Assembly (NCBI RefSeq): GCF_006345805.1
Contig: NW_021836321.1
Coordinates: forward strand, 1-24,438
Direction of reading: 5' to 3'
Length of the DNA: 24,438 nt
DNA from: Octopus sinensis
Lineage: Eukaryota
Numbering within the stretch: the stretch's first letter is position 1; each line of letters starts with the position of its first letter. Made by a program: the position numbers and the translations under genes. Below the pieces are notes generated by a model. It did no database searches. It had not been told where the DNA came from and worked only from the letters and a program-made list of their open reading frames with translations. Below, piece by piece: positions 10,248 to 20,923 of this stretch.

Positions 10248-10638
10248 GTGGAGGCGCAATGGCCCAGTGGTTAGGGCAGCGGACTCGCGGTCATAGGATC
10301 GCGGTTTCGATTCCCAGACCGGGCGTTGTGAGTGTTTATTGAGCGAAAACACCTAAAAGCTCCACGAGGCTCGGCAGGGGATGGTGGTGATCCCTGCTGT
10401 ACTCTTTCACCACAACTTTCTCTCACTCTTACTTCCTGTTTCTGTTGTACCTGTATTTCAAGGGGCCGGTCTTGTCACTCTCTGTGTCACGCTGAATATC
10501 CCCAAGAACTACGTTAAGGGTGCACGTGTCTGTGGAGTGCTCAGCCACTTACACGTTAATTTCACGAGCAGGCTGTTCCGTTGATTCGGATCAACCGGGA
10601 CCCTTATCGTCGTAACCGACGGAGTGCTTCCATCCATC
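10248..10638 (+). mobile_element. Family A SINE with 11-bp TSD
   Basis: TSD AATCGACAAAA at 10237-10247 and 10639-10649. Confidence 0.92.
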
Positions 10639-10769
10639 AATCGACAAAAATCAATTAGAAAAAAATCTATACATGTAGGCTATAGATAGTGGTTTGTACT
10701 GAAAGTGAATATGGACAAGTGAGAATATACTCGGTAAGGCACAAGGATGGCTTTGAGGTGAGATGATTG

Positions 10770-10900
10770 CCCCCTAGCCGCACGGGATCGGGTTCAGTCC
10801 CACTGCTTGGAACCTCGCTCAAGTGTCTTCTGCTGAAGTCCCGGACCGACTAAAGCCTTGAGTGAATTCGATAGACGGAAACTGAAAGAAACTAATCGCA
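10770..10900 (+). mobile_element. Family B SINE, degenerate 5' half
   Basis: GGGTTCAGTCCCACTGC..CAAGTGTCTTCTGCT..TAGACGGAAACTGAAAGAA. Confidence 0.7.
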
Positions 10901-11259
10901 TATATATATATATATTATATATAGATATATATATATATATATAAGGATAATATCGATATTTAGATATCGATATTATCAAGTGGTCAGCATGGGAATAAAT
11001 ACCATACAAAGGTAATAATTTTTTTACAACTATAAATAAGGGTATCTAAGAGACACCACCATGACGAAATATCAGTCAAATCCCTGACTCTAAAACCACC
11101 TAAAATGTTCATATCACACCATGAGATAAGACAGCGGGACAAAATAAACTAGCAAAAAGATTTTACTGGATAATTCAAGATCCTGGATTTCTAGCTTTGC
11201 TTCAAATAAGCTCTGCCTTAATCAGTTGAATATACCAGATGGGCACATATAGTTTTATA

Positions 11260-11324
11260 TATATAATATATATATATATAATATATATAGATATAAGATA
11301 GATAGATAGATAGATAGATAATAT

Positions 11325-11389
<65 letters not shown>
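11260..11389. repeat. (TA)n/(GATA)n microsatellite
   Basis: Direct reading. Confidence 0.95.
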
Positions 11390-11390
<1 letters not shown>

Positions 11391-11601
11391 GATCGCCAAG
11401 TTGAATCGCTAGCCTCTGCACGCATTTTTTCCTCCTTGTTTCTTCTCTCCGTGTTTCTTTCTGTGTATCTTTCTGTTGAAGAGCGTAGGCTCGAAACGTA
11501 AAAGACTTGTTTTATTTATATTCCTGAGCGCCATACTAATACAATTGTTTGTTTGTATTCCACCTGCCTTCGTCTTTTGTTTATTTTCATAAAGCTTCCC
11601 G

Positions 11602-11602
<1 letters not shown>
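11390..11602 (+). mobile_element. Family H1 repeat, solo copy 3
   Basis: Homologous to copies 1 and 2 from GATCGCCA to AAGCTTCCCG; flanked by (GATA)n and (TA)n. Confidence 0.8.
11468..11505 (+). ncRNA. Minimal type-I hammerhead motif (H1 copy 3, GUA cleavage triplet)
   Basis: TCTTT-CTGTTGA-A-GAGC GTAG GCTC-GAAAC-GTA-AAAGA. Confidence 0.72.
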
Positions 11603-11668
<66 letters not shown>

Positions 11669-11679
11669 GTTTGTTTTCC

Positions 11680-11951
11680 TTCTCGAGCCATTCCTGGCTC
11701 ATTAGAGCCGGTTTCCCGGTTTCCTTCGCGTATAGGTTCCCCACCTGGACGGGACGCCGGTCCGTCGCAGGTGAGCTACAGGATGCAGGAGGAAAGAATG
11801 AAAGTCGTAACGAAAGAGTCAGCAGAAGTTCGCCATTACCTGCTACCAGACCCGCGTGGAGCTTAGGTGATTCGCTCATAATAAACACATACATCGCCCG
11901 CTCTGAAATTCGGACCCGCGATCTCTCGACCACCAGGCCATGCGCCTCCAC
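11680..11951 (-). mobile_element. tRNA-derived SINE: family A-like head/central module with a V-domain-like 3' part
   Basis: Minus strand GTGGAGGCGCATGG.., CCTAAGCTCCACG (shared with family A), then CCTGCGACGGACCGGCGTCCCGTCCAGG (11771-11744), resembling the V-SINE motif. Confidence 0.7.
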
Positions 11952-12010
11952 ACACACACACACACACACAACACACACACACACATATGTGTGTGTATAC
12001 GTAGAGGTGA

Positions 12011-12192
12011 AGACTCCCTTGGGTCATAAACGTCCAAGGGATTGCACCTAGAAAGTTCCCTTCCGAGGCACAAGTCCGGGCAAGGTTGTTTTTGGAAGTC
12101 CAACAGTCACCCATGCATACCAGCCTCCCCCTCTCCACACCACTGCCATTATCCAAGAGAAAGGCAAAGGGACCTATTCAGCTTGGCACCAG
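12011..12192 (-). mobile_element. 3' fragment related to the SINE at 18191-18520
   Basis: Shares GGGATTGCACCTAGAAAGTT, CAAGGTTGTTT and CCCATGCATACCAGC. Confidence 0.75.
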
Positions 12193-12587
12193 TTGTTTTT
12201 GTAGACAAACTTTCATGTGCTTTTACTGTGAATGGTTTTTTTAAGCAGTGTCGATTTTTACAAATCTGTAAATAATAATAATAATAATATTTTATAAGCT
12301 TAAAGCTTGTATGTGTGTGTGTGTGTGTGTGTGTGTTAAGAAGTAAAAGGGATTAATAAATCGAGACAGATATCTACAAAGCACTCAGTGTTAAAGGAAT
12401 TTGGTTAACTTTAATCCAAAAATTAGATACCAATAAATACAATAGACAGCCATAATTAATTCTTCGTGTCTGGTCTGATGAGTAAATTCAAATATTACTT
12501 AGAAGAATGTCATGAAATTCGGATTCTAAGACAAGAATGAGACTAGAGAAACTCACATTTTTAATTGGTGAATATACCAAACACACA

Positions 12588-12972
12588 GGAGGCGCAATGG
12601 CCCAGTGGTTAGGGCAGCGGACTCGCGGTCGTAGGATCGCGGTTTCGATTCCCAGACCGGGCGTTGTGAGTGTTTATTGAGCGAAAACACCTAAAGCTCC
12701 ACGACGCTCCGGCAGGGGATGGTGGTGATCCCTGCTGTACTCTTTCACCACAACTTTCTCTCGCTCTTTCTTCCTGTTTCTGTTGTACCTGTATTTCAAA
12801 GGGCCGGCCTTGTCACTCTCTGTGTCACGCTGAATATCCCCGAGAACTACGTTAAGGGTACACGTGTCTGTGGAATGCTCAGCCACTTACACGTTAATTT
12901 CACGAGCAGGCTGTTCCGTTGATCGGATCAACCGGAACCCTCGTCGTCGTAACCGACGGAGTGCTTCCATCC
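12588..12972 (+). mobile_element. Family A SINE with ~12-bp TSD
   Basis: ATACCAAACACA at 12574-12585 and 12973-12984. Confidence 0.92.
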
Positions 12973-13046
12973 ATACCAAACACATGTGTGTGTATGTGTG
13001 TGCGTGCGTGTCTATGTGTTTTTTTTTGGGGGGGGGGGGTCCCCCA

Positions 13047-13235
13047 CCATCGCTTGACAACCGGTGTTGGTTTGTTGTTTATGTCTCGTAACTTAGGAGT
13101 TCGGCAAACGAGACAGAGAACAATGTACCTGACTTTTAGAAAATAAGTACTGGGATATATTCGTTCGGCTAAAACCCTTCAAGGTAGGACTCTAGCATGG
13201 CCACAGCCCTATAACTGAAACACGTAAAGGATAAA
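13047..13235 (+). mobile_element. Family B SINE, degenerate 3' half
   Basis: GCTTGACAACCG..GTTCGGCAAA..AATAAGTACTGGG..AGCATGGCC..ACTGAAACACGTAAAGGATAAAA. Confidence 0.7.
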
Positions 13236-13279
13236 AAAAAATTAAAACGAAATTTTATACCCCTAAAGTTAGAACCATC

Positions 13280-13480
13280 ACCCACCCACCTCCACCATCA
13301 TTCCCACCTCTCCTACCACCACCACCACCACCACCACCACCACCACATCTACAACCACTCCTAAAACTATCTACCACCAAAACAACCACTTCCAGTATCA
13401 CATCTACCACCAAACAGCACCACCACCCACCGCCGCCACCACCACCAGCAGCTTCACCACTACCACCATCGCTCCCACCT
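13280..13480. repeat. Imperfect (ACC)n array
   Basis: Direct reading. Confidence 0.85.
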
Positions 13481-13737
13481 CTGCACGACTACCAGAAACA
13501 TTACCCACTTTTCATTAGCTACGTTAAAAGTACTCCTACTGTTTTAAACGTTACAAAATGACTTCCATTCGAAGAAACAATATATTGTCTTTTACAAAAC
13601 AAAGCCATTGTTACTTGCATTATTTGTTTTCAAATATGTAAATATACTCGGAGAATTATTTAATAAATATTTGGACGACACACAAATACAGCTCTTTTGT
13701 TTTATATTTATATCTATATCTATCTATCTATCTATCG

Positions 13738-13775
<38 letters not shown>

Positions 13776-14124
13776 CTATGGTAGAAGGGGAATTGCCTTT
13801 TTTTTTATATTCGCATATATATGTGCGTGCGCATGAGTGTGTGCGTGTGTACATGTGTGTGTTTGTGTTATATATTTTAATTTAAATTTGGTACATTTAT
13901 CGAATATATTTCAATTTCACTAGAAATACAGACAAACGTACACACACACACACATATAGACACTTATATACATACGTATATATCCATACTTATGAACATA
14001 TACATGTGTTTATATATGCATTCATATAGACCTATATATATATGTATATAAACACACACTTCGATATATATATATATATACATGCATACATAACTTATGT
14101 AAGAATGTACATACATACGCACAG

Positions 14125-14155
<31 letters not shown>

Positions 14156-14714
14156 CTACACCGTGATATAAATACTCACTCACACAACACATATATATAT
14201 GCACATACACACACGTGCGTGTGTGTGTACATTCAAGTCGATATAGAATTCTAATGTAGTGTCAGCCTTCTTGTCGATTTTAATTTCAAAGTTTTTCATT
14301 TTTAACTCTGACAAATCAATACCAGAATATATCTATATAGAATAATAGATTAGAATTAATAGGTGAGTTGATAATTTTGTCTAATATATCGATATAACCA
14401 GACGATGAGTTCATGGCCATTGTACATTCACTGCCGCTTTATAAATCAAAACCAATGTGTGTCTTGGAGTGAACAGAAGACTTGTGCGACAATTCTTTGA
14501 TTGAAATATTACTTATAGACGAATTTCTGATTTTAGCGAGACAAGTAATAACGTGCCGAGACCTTAAGACCTTGTTTATTACACATAACCGCTTTGATTT
14601 AACAATCTGAAAAGTATTTCTACCTAAGTATAAAATCGAAAATTTCGATTTTATACAGAGATAGAAAATCAAAATAGTGCACAGATCCTGTAATAATTCT
14701 TTCAAATTTTGCAG

Positions 14715-14925
14715 TAGGTTTAAGGGGTGGGGATAGGTGGAGATTGACCCCGGTGTTCACAACGTATTTATTTTATCGAACGTGAAATGATAGAATGTGA
14801 GGTCGACACCAATAGAATTTGAATTGGGAATATAAAAGGAAAAGAAGAAATGCGGATGAGCGTTTTGCCCGACGCGTTTGCGATTCTTATTTCTTTATTG
14901 CCCACAAGGGGCTAAACATAGAGGG
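14715..14925 (-). mobile_element. Family C SINE pieces (degenerate copy plus the tail of a second copy)
   Basis: GAGGTCGAC..GAATTTGAA..TTTTGCCCGACGCG, then TTTCTTTATTGCCCACAAGGGGCTAAACATAGAGGGG. Confidence 0.6.
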
Positions 14926-14926
14926 G

Positions 14927-15216
14927 CCCCAGGTTCGAAATTTCCCCCAAGACTCCTGAAGAAGGCTTGGCGGGTATATCAGCCGAAACGTATTGACAGC
15001 AAACAAGCTCTTTACTCTTTTTACTTGTTTCAGTCATTTGACTGCGGCCATGCTGGAGCACCGCCTTTATTCGATCAAATCGACCCCGGAACTTATTCTT
15101 TGTAAGCCCAGTACTTATTCTATCGGTCTCTTTTGCCGAACCGCTAAGTTACGGGGACGTAAACACACCCGCATCGGTTGTCAGGCAATGCTAGGGGGAC
15201 AAACACAGACATACAA

Positions 15217-15247
<31 letters not shown>

Positions 15248-15441
15248 CATATATACGACATGCTTCTTTCAGTTTCCGTCTACCAAATCCACTCACAAGG
15301 CATTGGTCGGCCCGGGGCTATAGCAGAAGACACTTGCCCAAGATGCCACGCAGTGGGACTGATCCCGAACCATGTGGTTGGTTAGCAAGCTACTTACCAC
15401 ACAGCCACTCCTGAAGACAAATATTGTCGAATGTAAATAAT
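14927..15441 (+). mobile_element. Family H2 fragment (hammerhead 14952-14995) split by a family B SINE
   Basis: CCCAGGTTCGAAATTTCCCCCAAGACTC-CTGAAGA-AGGCT..CAGCC-GAAACGTA..AAACAAG, resuming at 15414 with AAGACAAATATT..AATGTAAATAATGT. Confidence 0.75.
15008..15413 (-). mobile_element. Family B CORE-type SINE, nearly full length
   Basis: Reverse complement matches 6679-7080; first few bases missing. Confidence 0.88.
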
Positions 15442-15944
15442 GTGTAGTGGAAGATATTTGCCCATGTTGCCCAGCAGTGGAAGTGAACCAGAAACCACGT
15501 TTGTAGCAACAGGAGTTTAACAGCACAGCCATGCTTGCATCGTGTATTAGCTTAAGAAAACACTTCTTGCTCCTTTGTATTCCCGAATACATTTAATGGT
15601 AAGCTTCATTGAAAGTGCCAGACGATGCATACAATTTCTCTCTCTCTCTCTTTTTCCTTCTTTCTTTCTCTCTCTCTCTCACTCTCTCACTCTTTCTCTC
15701 TCTCTGTGAATGCGTGTGCCACATTCTGGCATAGAAGCAAAAGAAGGAGGCATTTGAAACTGGACTACATTTGACCATCGGTCAATTTAATCAGATGTGA
15801 TTTGAGCCAAAACCGTCGACAGGCAAAAAAAACAAATTGGACAATGAATGTAAAGGCGATCATTAAAGATGTCTGATATCTCTACATTTTGCAGCCAGAA
15901 TCTTATTTTTAACCTAGCATCGTTTATATTACACAGAGTACAAA

Positions 15945-16197
15945 CGAGCATGGTTCGGTGGTTAAGGGTGCTGACCTCATGATCGCAAGATCGTGATTTC
16001 GATTTCCCGACTGGGTGGTACGCTCAAATTATTTAGCAAATCCTTTCATTTTCATGTTGTTCGAGTCCAGTCATTTAAAAATGATTACCATCAACAGCTA
16101 GGGAGCTTAACTCTGGAATGGACTGGCGATCCATCCTGGTGGGGAGTGGTATCGTAATTTCTTAGTCGATTATACATCACGGAAACCAGGCCCATTT
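15945..16197 (+). mobile_element. Degenerate SINE: tRNA head, CORE-like and V-like modules
   Basis: TGGTTCGGTGGTTAAG head; TTTCATTTTCATGTTG..CCAGTC CORE remnant; ATGGACTGGCGATCCATCCTGG (~16118-16139). Confidence 0.5.
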
Positions 16198-16246
16198 ATA
16201 TAATCCACGCCACAGAACTCACAGAGAAATCCATAAGTATAACCAC

Positions 16247-16580
16247 GGGCATATAGCGTAGTGGTTAAGAGCGCGGGCTACTAACACCAAGAGTCCGAGT
16301 TCGATTCCGGGCAGAGACCTGAATAATAATAATAATAATAATAATATAATAATAATAATAATAATAATATAATAATAATAATAATAATAATAACAACAAC
16401 AACAGCAACATCGAAAAATATCTTAGGAATGAGAACCCCTGTTCGAAATTTTCCCCAAGACACCTAATGAAGCTGGAGGGTATATCAGCTGAAACGTTGG
16501 TTAATAAAGAAGATGAGGACAAATATCCGTCAAATGTAAATAATGTACATAGTTCCTCATCTCTTTAATATAGGACTGTA
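16247..16580 (+). mobile_element. Family H2: tRNA-like head, (AAT)n, hammerhead and 3' stem-loop
   Basis: A box TAGCGTAGTGG (16254-16264), B box GTTCGATTCC (16299-16308), (AAT)n 16322-16391, hammerhead 16460-16500, inverted repeat AGATGAGGA (16511-16519)/TCCTCATCT (16554-16562). Confidence 0.8.
16460..16500 (+). ncRNA. Hammerhead motif, probably inactive (core CTAATGA)
   Basis: ACAC-CTAATGA-AGCTG GAGGGTATAT CAGCT-GAAAC-GTT-GG; G5->A substitution in the core. Confidence 0.6.
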
Positions 16581-16743
16581 TAACCAGCTTATTGCACATG
16601 GATTTTAACAACAAAATCTTATATGAACCTCCATGGTCGTGTGGACCCAGGTCGAGAACCGCTGATAGAGACCATTCTACTACGTTAATAAATAAGATAA
16701 CTCTCTGAAATCTTTGTCTGGGAGTCCTAGTTTATGAACAACA

Positions 16744-17131
16744 TGGATGGAAGCACTCCGTCGGTTACGACGATGAGGGTTCCGGTTGATCCGATCAACG
16801 GAACAGCCTGCTCGTGAAATTAACGTGTAAGTGGCTGAGCACTCCACAGACACGTGCACCCTTAACGTAGTTCTCGGGGATATTCAGCGTGACACAGAGA
16901 GTGACAAGGCCGGCCCCTTGAAATACAGGTACAACAGAAACAGGAAGTAAGAGTGAGAGAAAGTTGTGGTAAAGAGTACAGCAGGGATCACCACCATTCC
17001 CCTGCGGAGCCTCGTGGAGCTTTTTAGGTGTTTTCGCTCAATAAAACTCACAACGCCCGGTCTGGGAATCGAAACCGCGATCCTATGACCGCGAGTCCGC
17101 TGCCCTAACCACTGGGTCATTGCGCCTCCAC
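16744..17131 (-). mobile_element. Family A SINE with 11-bp TSD
   Basis: TATGAACAACA at 16733-16743 and 17132-17142. Confidence 0.92.
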
Positions 17132-18190
17132 TATGAACAACAAACAACCATTTAAAAAGTAAGTATTAAAGACGTAAAATCACATCAAACATCGACTACG
17201 TTTATAGATAAATCTCCGAAATTCTACTGCATATGTTTTAAGTTTACGTTCAGGAAGAGTAAACAATCGTTTAGAGAGTCATGCAACAATCCCGTCATTG
17301 AATCAGTGTACACTAACAATCAGGGGGAAAGAGACAGGGGAAAAAAACAGCTTCCTATGTATATTTTTTTCTTTGTTTAACCGAGATGAAAAGATGGCAG
17401 ACAAATCGGATAATTTAGCGCAACAATGGCGACTGAATACCATCCTAACAATACAACTGGTCAAGTGATCCGCTTTTGGTGGTAATATTAACCATTTTCT
17501 TATATTATTATTATCACTATTACTATCGTTGTTGTTGTTGTTGTTATTTTTCATCATCAAAATGAATTAAAGCGATGATTATTCTGGGTGAAATGTGCGT
17601 AGGTTGCTCTGGAAAAAAAATACAATAACAACAATCAGATTTATGTCTAAAAGAAGCTTTTAAAAATATTGTTTTATAGTTTAGTAGTGTAAACGTTTAA
17701 ACATTTTGTTAGACGTTGGGAGAGAGAAAGAGAGAGACGGGGGGGGGGGGAGAGAAAAAAACGTCAATGCAATCCAGAGTGTTGTGTCAGCTAATCTATC
17801 GAAAACATTGCAAATCTTTTGTTGTTAGTTTTTACTGGAGGCGACATGGCTCTGCGATACATTCTGCCAGAACAAAGGGAGGCTATACACCTATTGAGAA
17901 TCAAACTATGAAGAATTAAATGGTGTATAAATGTTATCTATTGAATAAATCCTTGTAGTTTTTTCAGAAATAAAATATATATGTTTTTTTTTTAATTTCA
18001 TTTTATTTTGTTCCTTTATACAACATAGCTTAAACCATAGCATTAAGTATGGATTTATGATTGAATGCAAAAAGTGTATGTCATAAGAAGAAGAAAAAAA
18101 CTATAAAGCATGAAGGAAGGGAGGAACGAACGAACGAACGAACGGAAAGAAAGAGTGCGAATGAGAGAAAAAAGATAATTGTAAATAAAT

Positions 18191-18520
18191 TGAGACCCCC
18201 TTTGGTCATGACTGACCATGGGATTGCACCTAGAAAGTTACCCTCCCAGGGCAGATCCGGCCAAGGTTGTTTATGGAAGACCAGCAGTCGCCCATGCATA
18301 CCAGCCCCCGATCTCCACGCCACCGATGTTACCCAAGGGAAAGACAAAGGGGCCGATGCAGTTTGGCCCCAGTGACGTCGGAATTCATTTCTACAGATGA
18401 GTGAACTGGAGCAACGTGAAATAAAGGGTCTTGCTCAAGAACACAACACGTAGCCCGGTCCGGGATTCGAACTCACAACCGTAAGCTCGACGCTCTAACC
18501 ACTGAGCCATGCGCCTTCAC
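18191..18520 (-). mobile_element. tRNA-derived CORE SINE with a distinct tail
   Basis: Minus strand GGCGCATGGCTCAGTGG, GTTCGAATCC, CORE TTCTTGAGCAAGACCCTTTATTTCACGTTGCTCCAG, tail ..CTTTCTAGGTGCAATCCCATGGTC. Confidence 0.85.
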
Positions 18521-18551
18521 TTGTAAACAAATAATCAAAGAAATATCAACT

Positions 18552-18750
18552 AATAGTTTCAAATCTTAGCACAAGGCCAGCAATTTTGAGGGAAGGGGCA
18601 AGTCGAAGACATTGACCTCTGTGCTTATTTTATTGATCCCGAAAGATGAATGGTAAAATAGACCACCATGAGATTTGCACTCAGAACATATAGATCCGGA
18701 AGAAATACTAGACATTCTGTGACATGCCGTTGACTCTGCAAGTTCGCCAC
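18552..18750 (-). mobile_element. Family C-related SINE, degenerate
   Basis: Minus strand GGTGGCGAACTTGCAGAG.., TTCATCTTTCGGGATCAATAAAATAAG. Confidence 0.65.
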
Positions 18751-18870
18751 CTGAACTATCCCTTAAACGGTGGGAAAGGGTTGCATGAATCTGTAAACCA
18801 AACGCACCCCACCCCACAAAAAAATGTCTATTTTTCTTCAGACTAATTTTTATACTTATTTTCACTTCAA

Positions 18871-19269
18871 TTAAGAACAAAAGCTATAATAATTGTTAGT
18901 CTCTCGCCCAATAAAATTTACAATCTCCTAATCGAAAATTACCGTATAATATTCTCTTTTCTTTGCATATTTAGTGAGTGCATCAATTCATTTGAGATTC
19001 TCATTCTGCTATTGTCAAAGGAATGTACAAATGGCGAATGATCGGTGCATTTTTTTTTCCATGGAAAATTAGATGGAGCATCACTTTCTTCTGTGCTCAC
19101 TAGAGCATCATCCTCATCATCCTCATCATCCTCATCATCCTCATCATCCTCTACCTCATCTGATGATAAAGGTAAGACAGATAAAAAAGGACTTCTTCAT
19201 TATTATATAAATCTTCCACTTGCAACTTGATTCCTCCCATCGATAAGGGTCGCTTACGCTCAGATGCAT
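18871..19269 (-). pseudogene. piggyBac-family transposase N-terminal remnant
   Basis: With frameshifts: ASERKRPLSMGGIKLQVEDLYNNEEVL/LSVLPLSSDEVEDDEDDEDDEDDEDDALVSTEESDAPSNFPWKKKCTDHSPFVHSF../EYYTVIFD*EIVNFIGRETNNYY; acidic N-terminus followed by the F..FxxxEIIxxIVxETNxYA motif of piggyBac transposases. Confidence 0.65.
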
Positions 19270-19683
19270 TTGACGAGTAGACACTCGGTCGTCAGCTGAT
19301 GATGACCGAATCCATGTAAAGTTTTGGAAATAACAGTTGATGATATCCATCGTTTAAGCGTTAATGGCAAGAGATTGACATCGAGCGCTTCATTGAACGC
19401 TTTTATACACGTGTTTATGATAAAGTGGTTTTCTGGATGCCTGAACAGTGATACAATTTGGTATCGAATTGACAGGGATCGAATTAACAGAAATTCTGTT
19501 AAGATTTCAAACGCAAGAATATTTCTTCTTACCGTTAACAGCTAGATGTTGTCGCTACTACGAACGACAAAGAAAAGATGTTTACACAAGTACGACAGTT
19601 CGTAGTTTATATGAGATGTCGTTGGGTCAGATGTAACAGTAGTCGATGTCGTGTGTTACTTAGAGTTACCTGGCTCGGGAGTG

Positions 19684-19866
19684 ATCCTTCTTCTTCTTCT
19701 TCTTTTCCTCCTTCTTCTTCTTCTTCTTCTTCTTCTTATCCTCCTTCTTCTTCTTCTTATCCTCCTCCTTCTTCTTCTTCTTATCCCCCTTTTTGTTCTT
19801 CTTATCCTCCTCCTTTTTCTTCTTCTTATCCTCCTCCCCTCCTCCTCCTCCTTCTTCTTCTTCTTA

Positions 19867-19897
<31 letters not shown>

Positions 19898-19899
19898 TA

Positions 19900-19930
<31 letters not shown>

Positions 19931-19973
19931 TCTTCTTCTTCTTCTTCTTCTTCTTCTTCTCTTCTTCTTCTTC
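19684..19973. repeat. (CTT)n/(CCT)n array with recurring CTTCTTCTTATCCTCCTC units
   Basis: Direct reading; explains poly-S/L/E/K/R ORFs. Confidence 0.95.
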
Positions 19974-20142
19974 CAATCAGGACTCACACCATTAGCTACA
20001 AAGAATAATCTCTAATTCGAGCCTACTCTAAACTACTAAGAATACATGTGGCAACTTGAATATCCACCCACCACACACACGATAGACTGGCAGTTGCACG
20101 GGCGCGAAAGTTACGTTGTTATCCTCATTCCTTAAACGATGG

Positions 20143-20397
20143 CTTTTAACGGGTGGAGAGCTGAACCATCCTGGGGTCCTGAGGATTGCAATCTAGACTA
20201 GGGTCTGAAAGTTTACCCCACCATGGTTCCTCTGCTTTGTGGCTGAAGTAGGAAGAAAGAGTGAAAGAAAGTTGTGGTGAAAGAGTGCAGCGGGGTTCAA
20301 CACACCTCACCCCCCGCAGGAGCCTCGTGGAGCTTAGGGGTTTTTGCTCTGATGCTGCTGCTGTCGCCGTCATCGACGTTGACCACTGTCTTGCTGT

Positions 20398-20398
<1 letters not shown>
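20143..20398 (-). mobile_element. Element with the family A central module but a different head and tail
   Basis: GAGTGAAAGAAAGTTGTGGTGAAAGAGTGCAGC..GGAGCCTCGTGGAGCTTAGG shared with family A; flanks are not. Confidence 0.6.
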
Positions 20399-20399
<1 letters not shown>

Positions 20400-20430
<31 letters not shown>

Positions 20431-20676
20431 CTGTGTGCGTGTATGTATTTGTATGTATGTATACACACACATATATATACATACAACATACATACATACA
20501 TACATACATACATACATACATGCATACATGCATACATACATACATACATACATACATACATACATACATACATACATACATACATACATACATACATACA
20601 TACATACATACATACATACATTCATACATGTATGTGTTTGTATATATATACATATATATATATATATATACATATA
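20400..20676. repeat. (TA)n/(TACA)n microsatellite
   Basis: Direct reading; explains the MYVC/HTYI ORFs. Confidence 0.95.
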
Positions 20677-20895
20677 CGAGGTGGGGCTGAAAAATTCCTG
20701 GCTTTAAGGGTATTGGGAAAGGCCTGATTGGAGGCCCAACCTTCCAAGTTCTTTTACAGGGATTAGAAAAACTGAAGGACCACTGCAATAAGCGTGTGAA
20801 TCTGAAAGGGGAATATGTTGAGGAGAATCTTAATGAACTGACCCACCTGTATTTTCTTTTTCCCAAAGACAGGGACTTTTCAGTCCCCTTTCGGG
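20677..20895 (+). mobile_element. Internally deleted mariner-type element
   Basis: TA at 20675-20676, left TIR CGAGGTGGGGCTGAAAAATTCCTGGCTTT, degenerate right TIR AAAGACAGGGACTTTTCAGTCCCCTTTCG; encodes GLEKLKDHCNKRVNLKGEYVE, resembling the mariner transposase C-terminus (GIxKLxxRWxKCVxxxGxYVE). Confidence 0.8.
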
Positions 20896-20923
20896 TATAT
20901 ATTTTATATAATATTCTTTACAG

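Noticed and set aside
10251-10325. tRNA-like sequences as tRNA genes (also 7190, 12588, 16247, 18450-18520)
   Set aside because: They lack a full cloverleaf with a paired acceptor stem and are fused to SINE bodies.
12475-12515. CTGATGA match suggesting another hammerhead
   Set aside because: No GAAA at the right spacing and no stems I/III.
14400-14705. Stop-poor frames on both strands (plus strand contains ILLIDEF, Walker B-like)
   Set aside because: No Walker A or other supporting motif; plus frame has stops; cannot be assigned.
19324-19620. Plus-strand frame loosely resembling a Ulp1/C48 protease (ITVDDIHRL..LNAFI..YDSS)
   Set aside because: No catalytic His-Trp, several stops, and the region is better explained as the upstream part of the opposite-strand piggyBac remnant.
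19578-20015. Poly-S/L/E/K/R ORFs
   Set aside because: Translations of the (CTT/CCT)n array.
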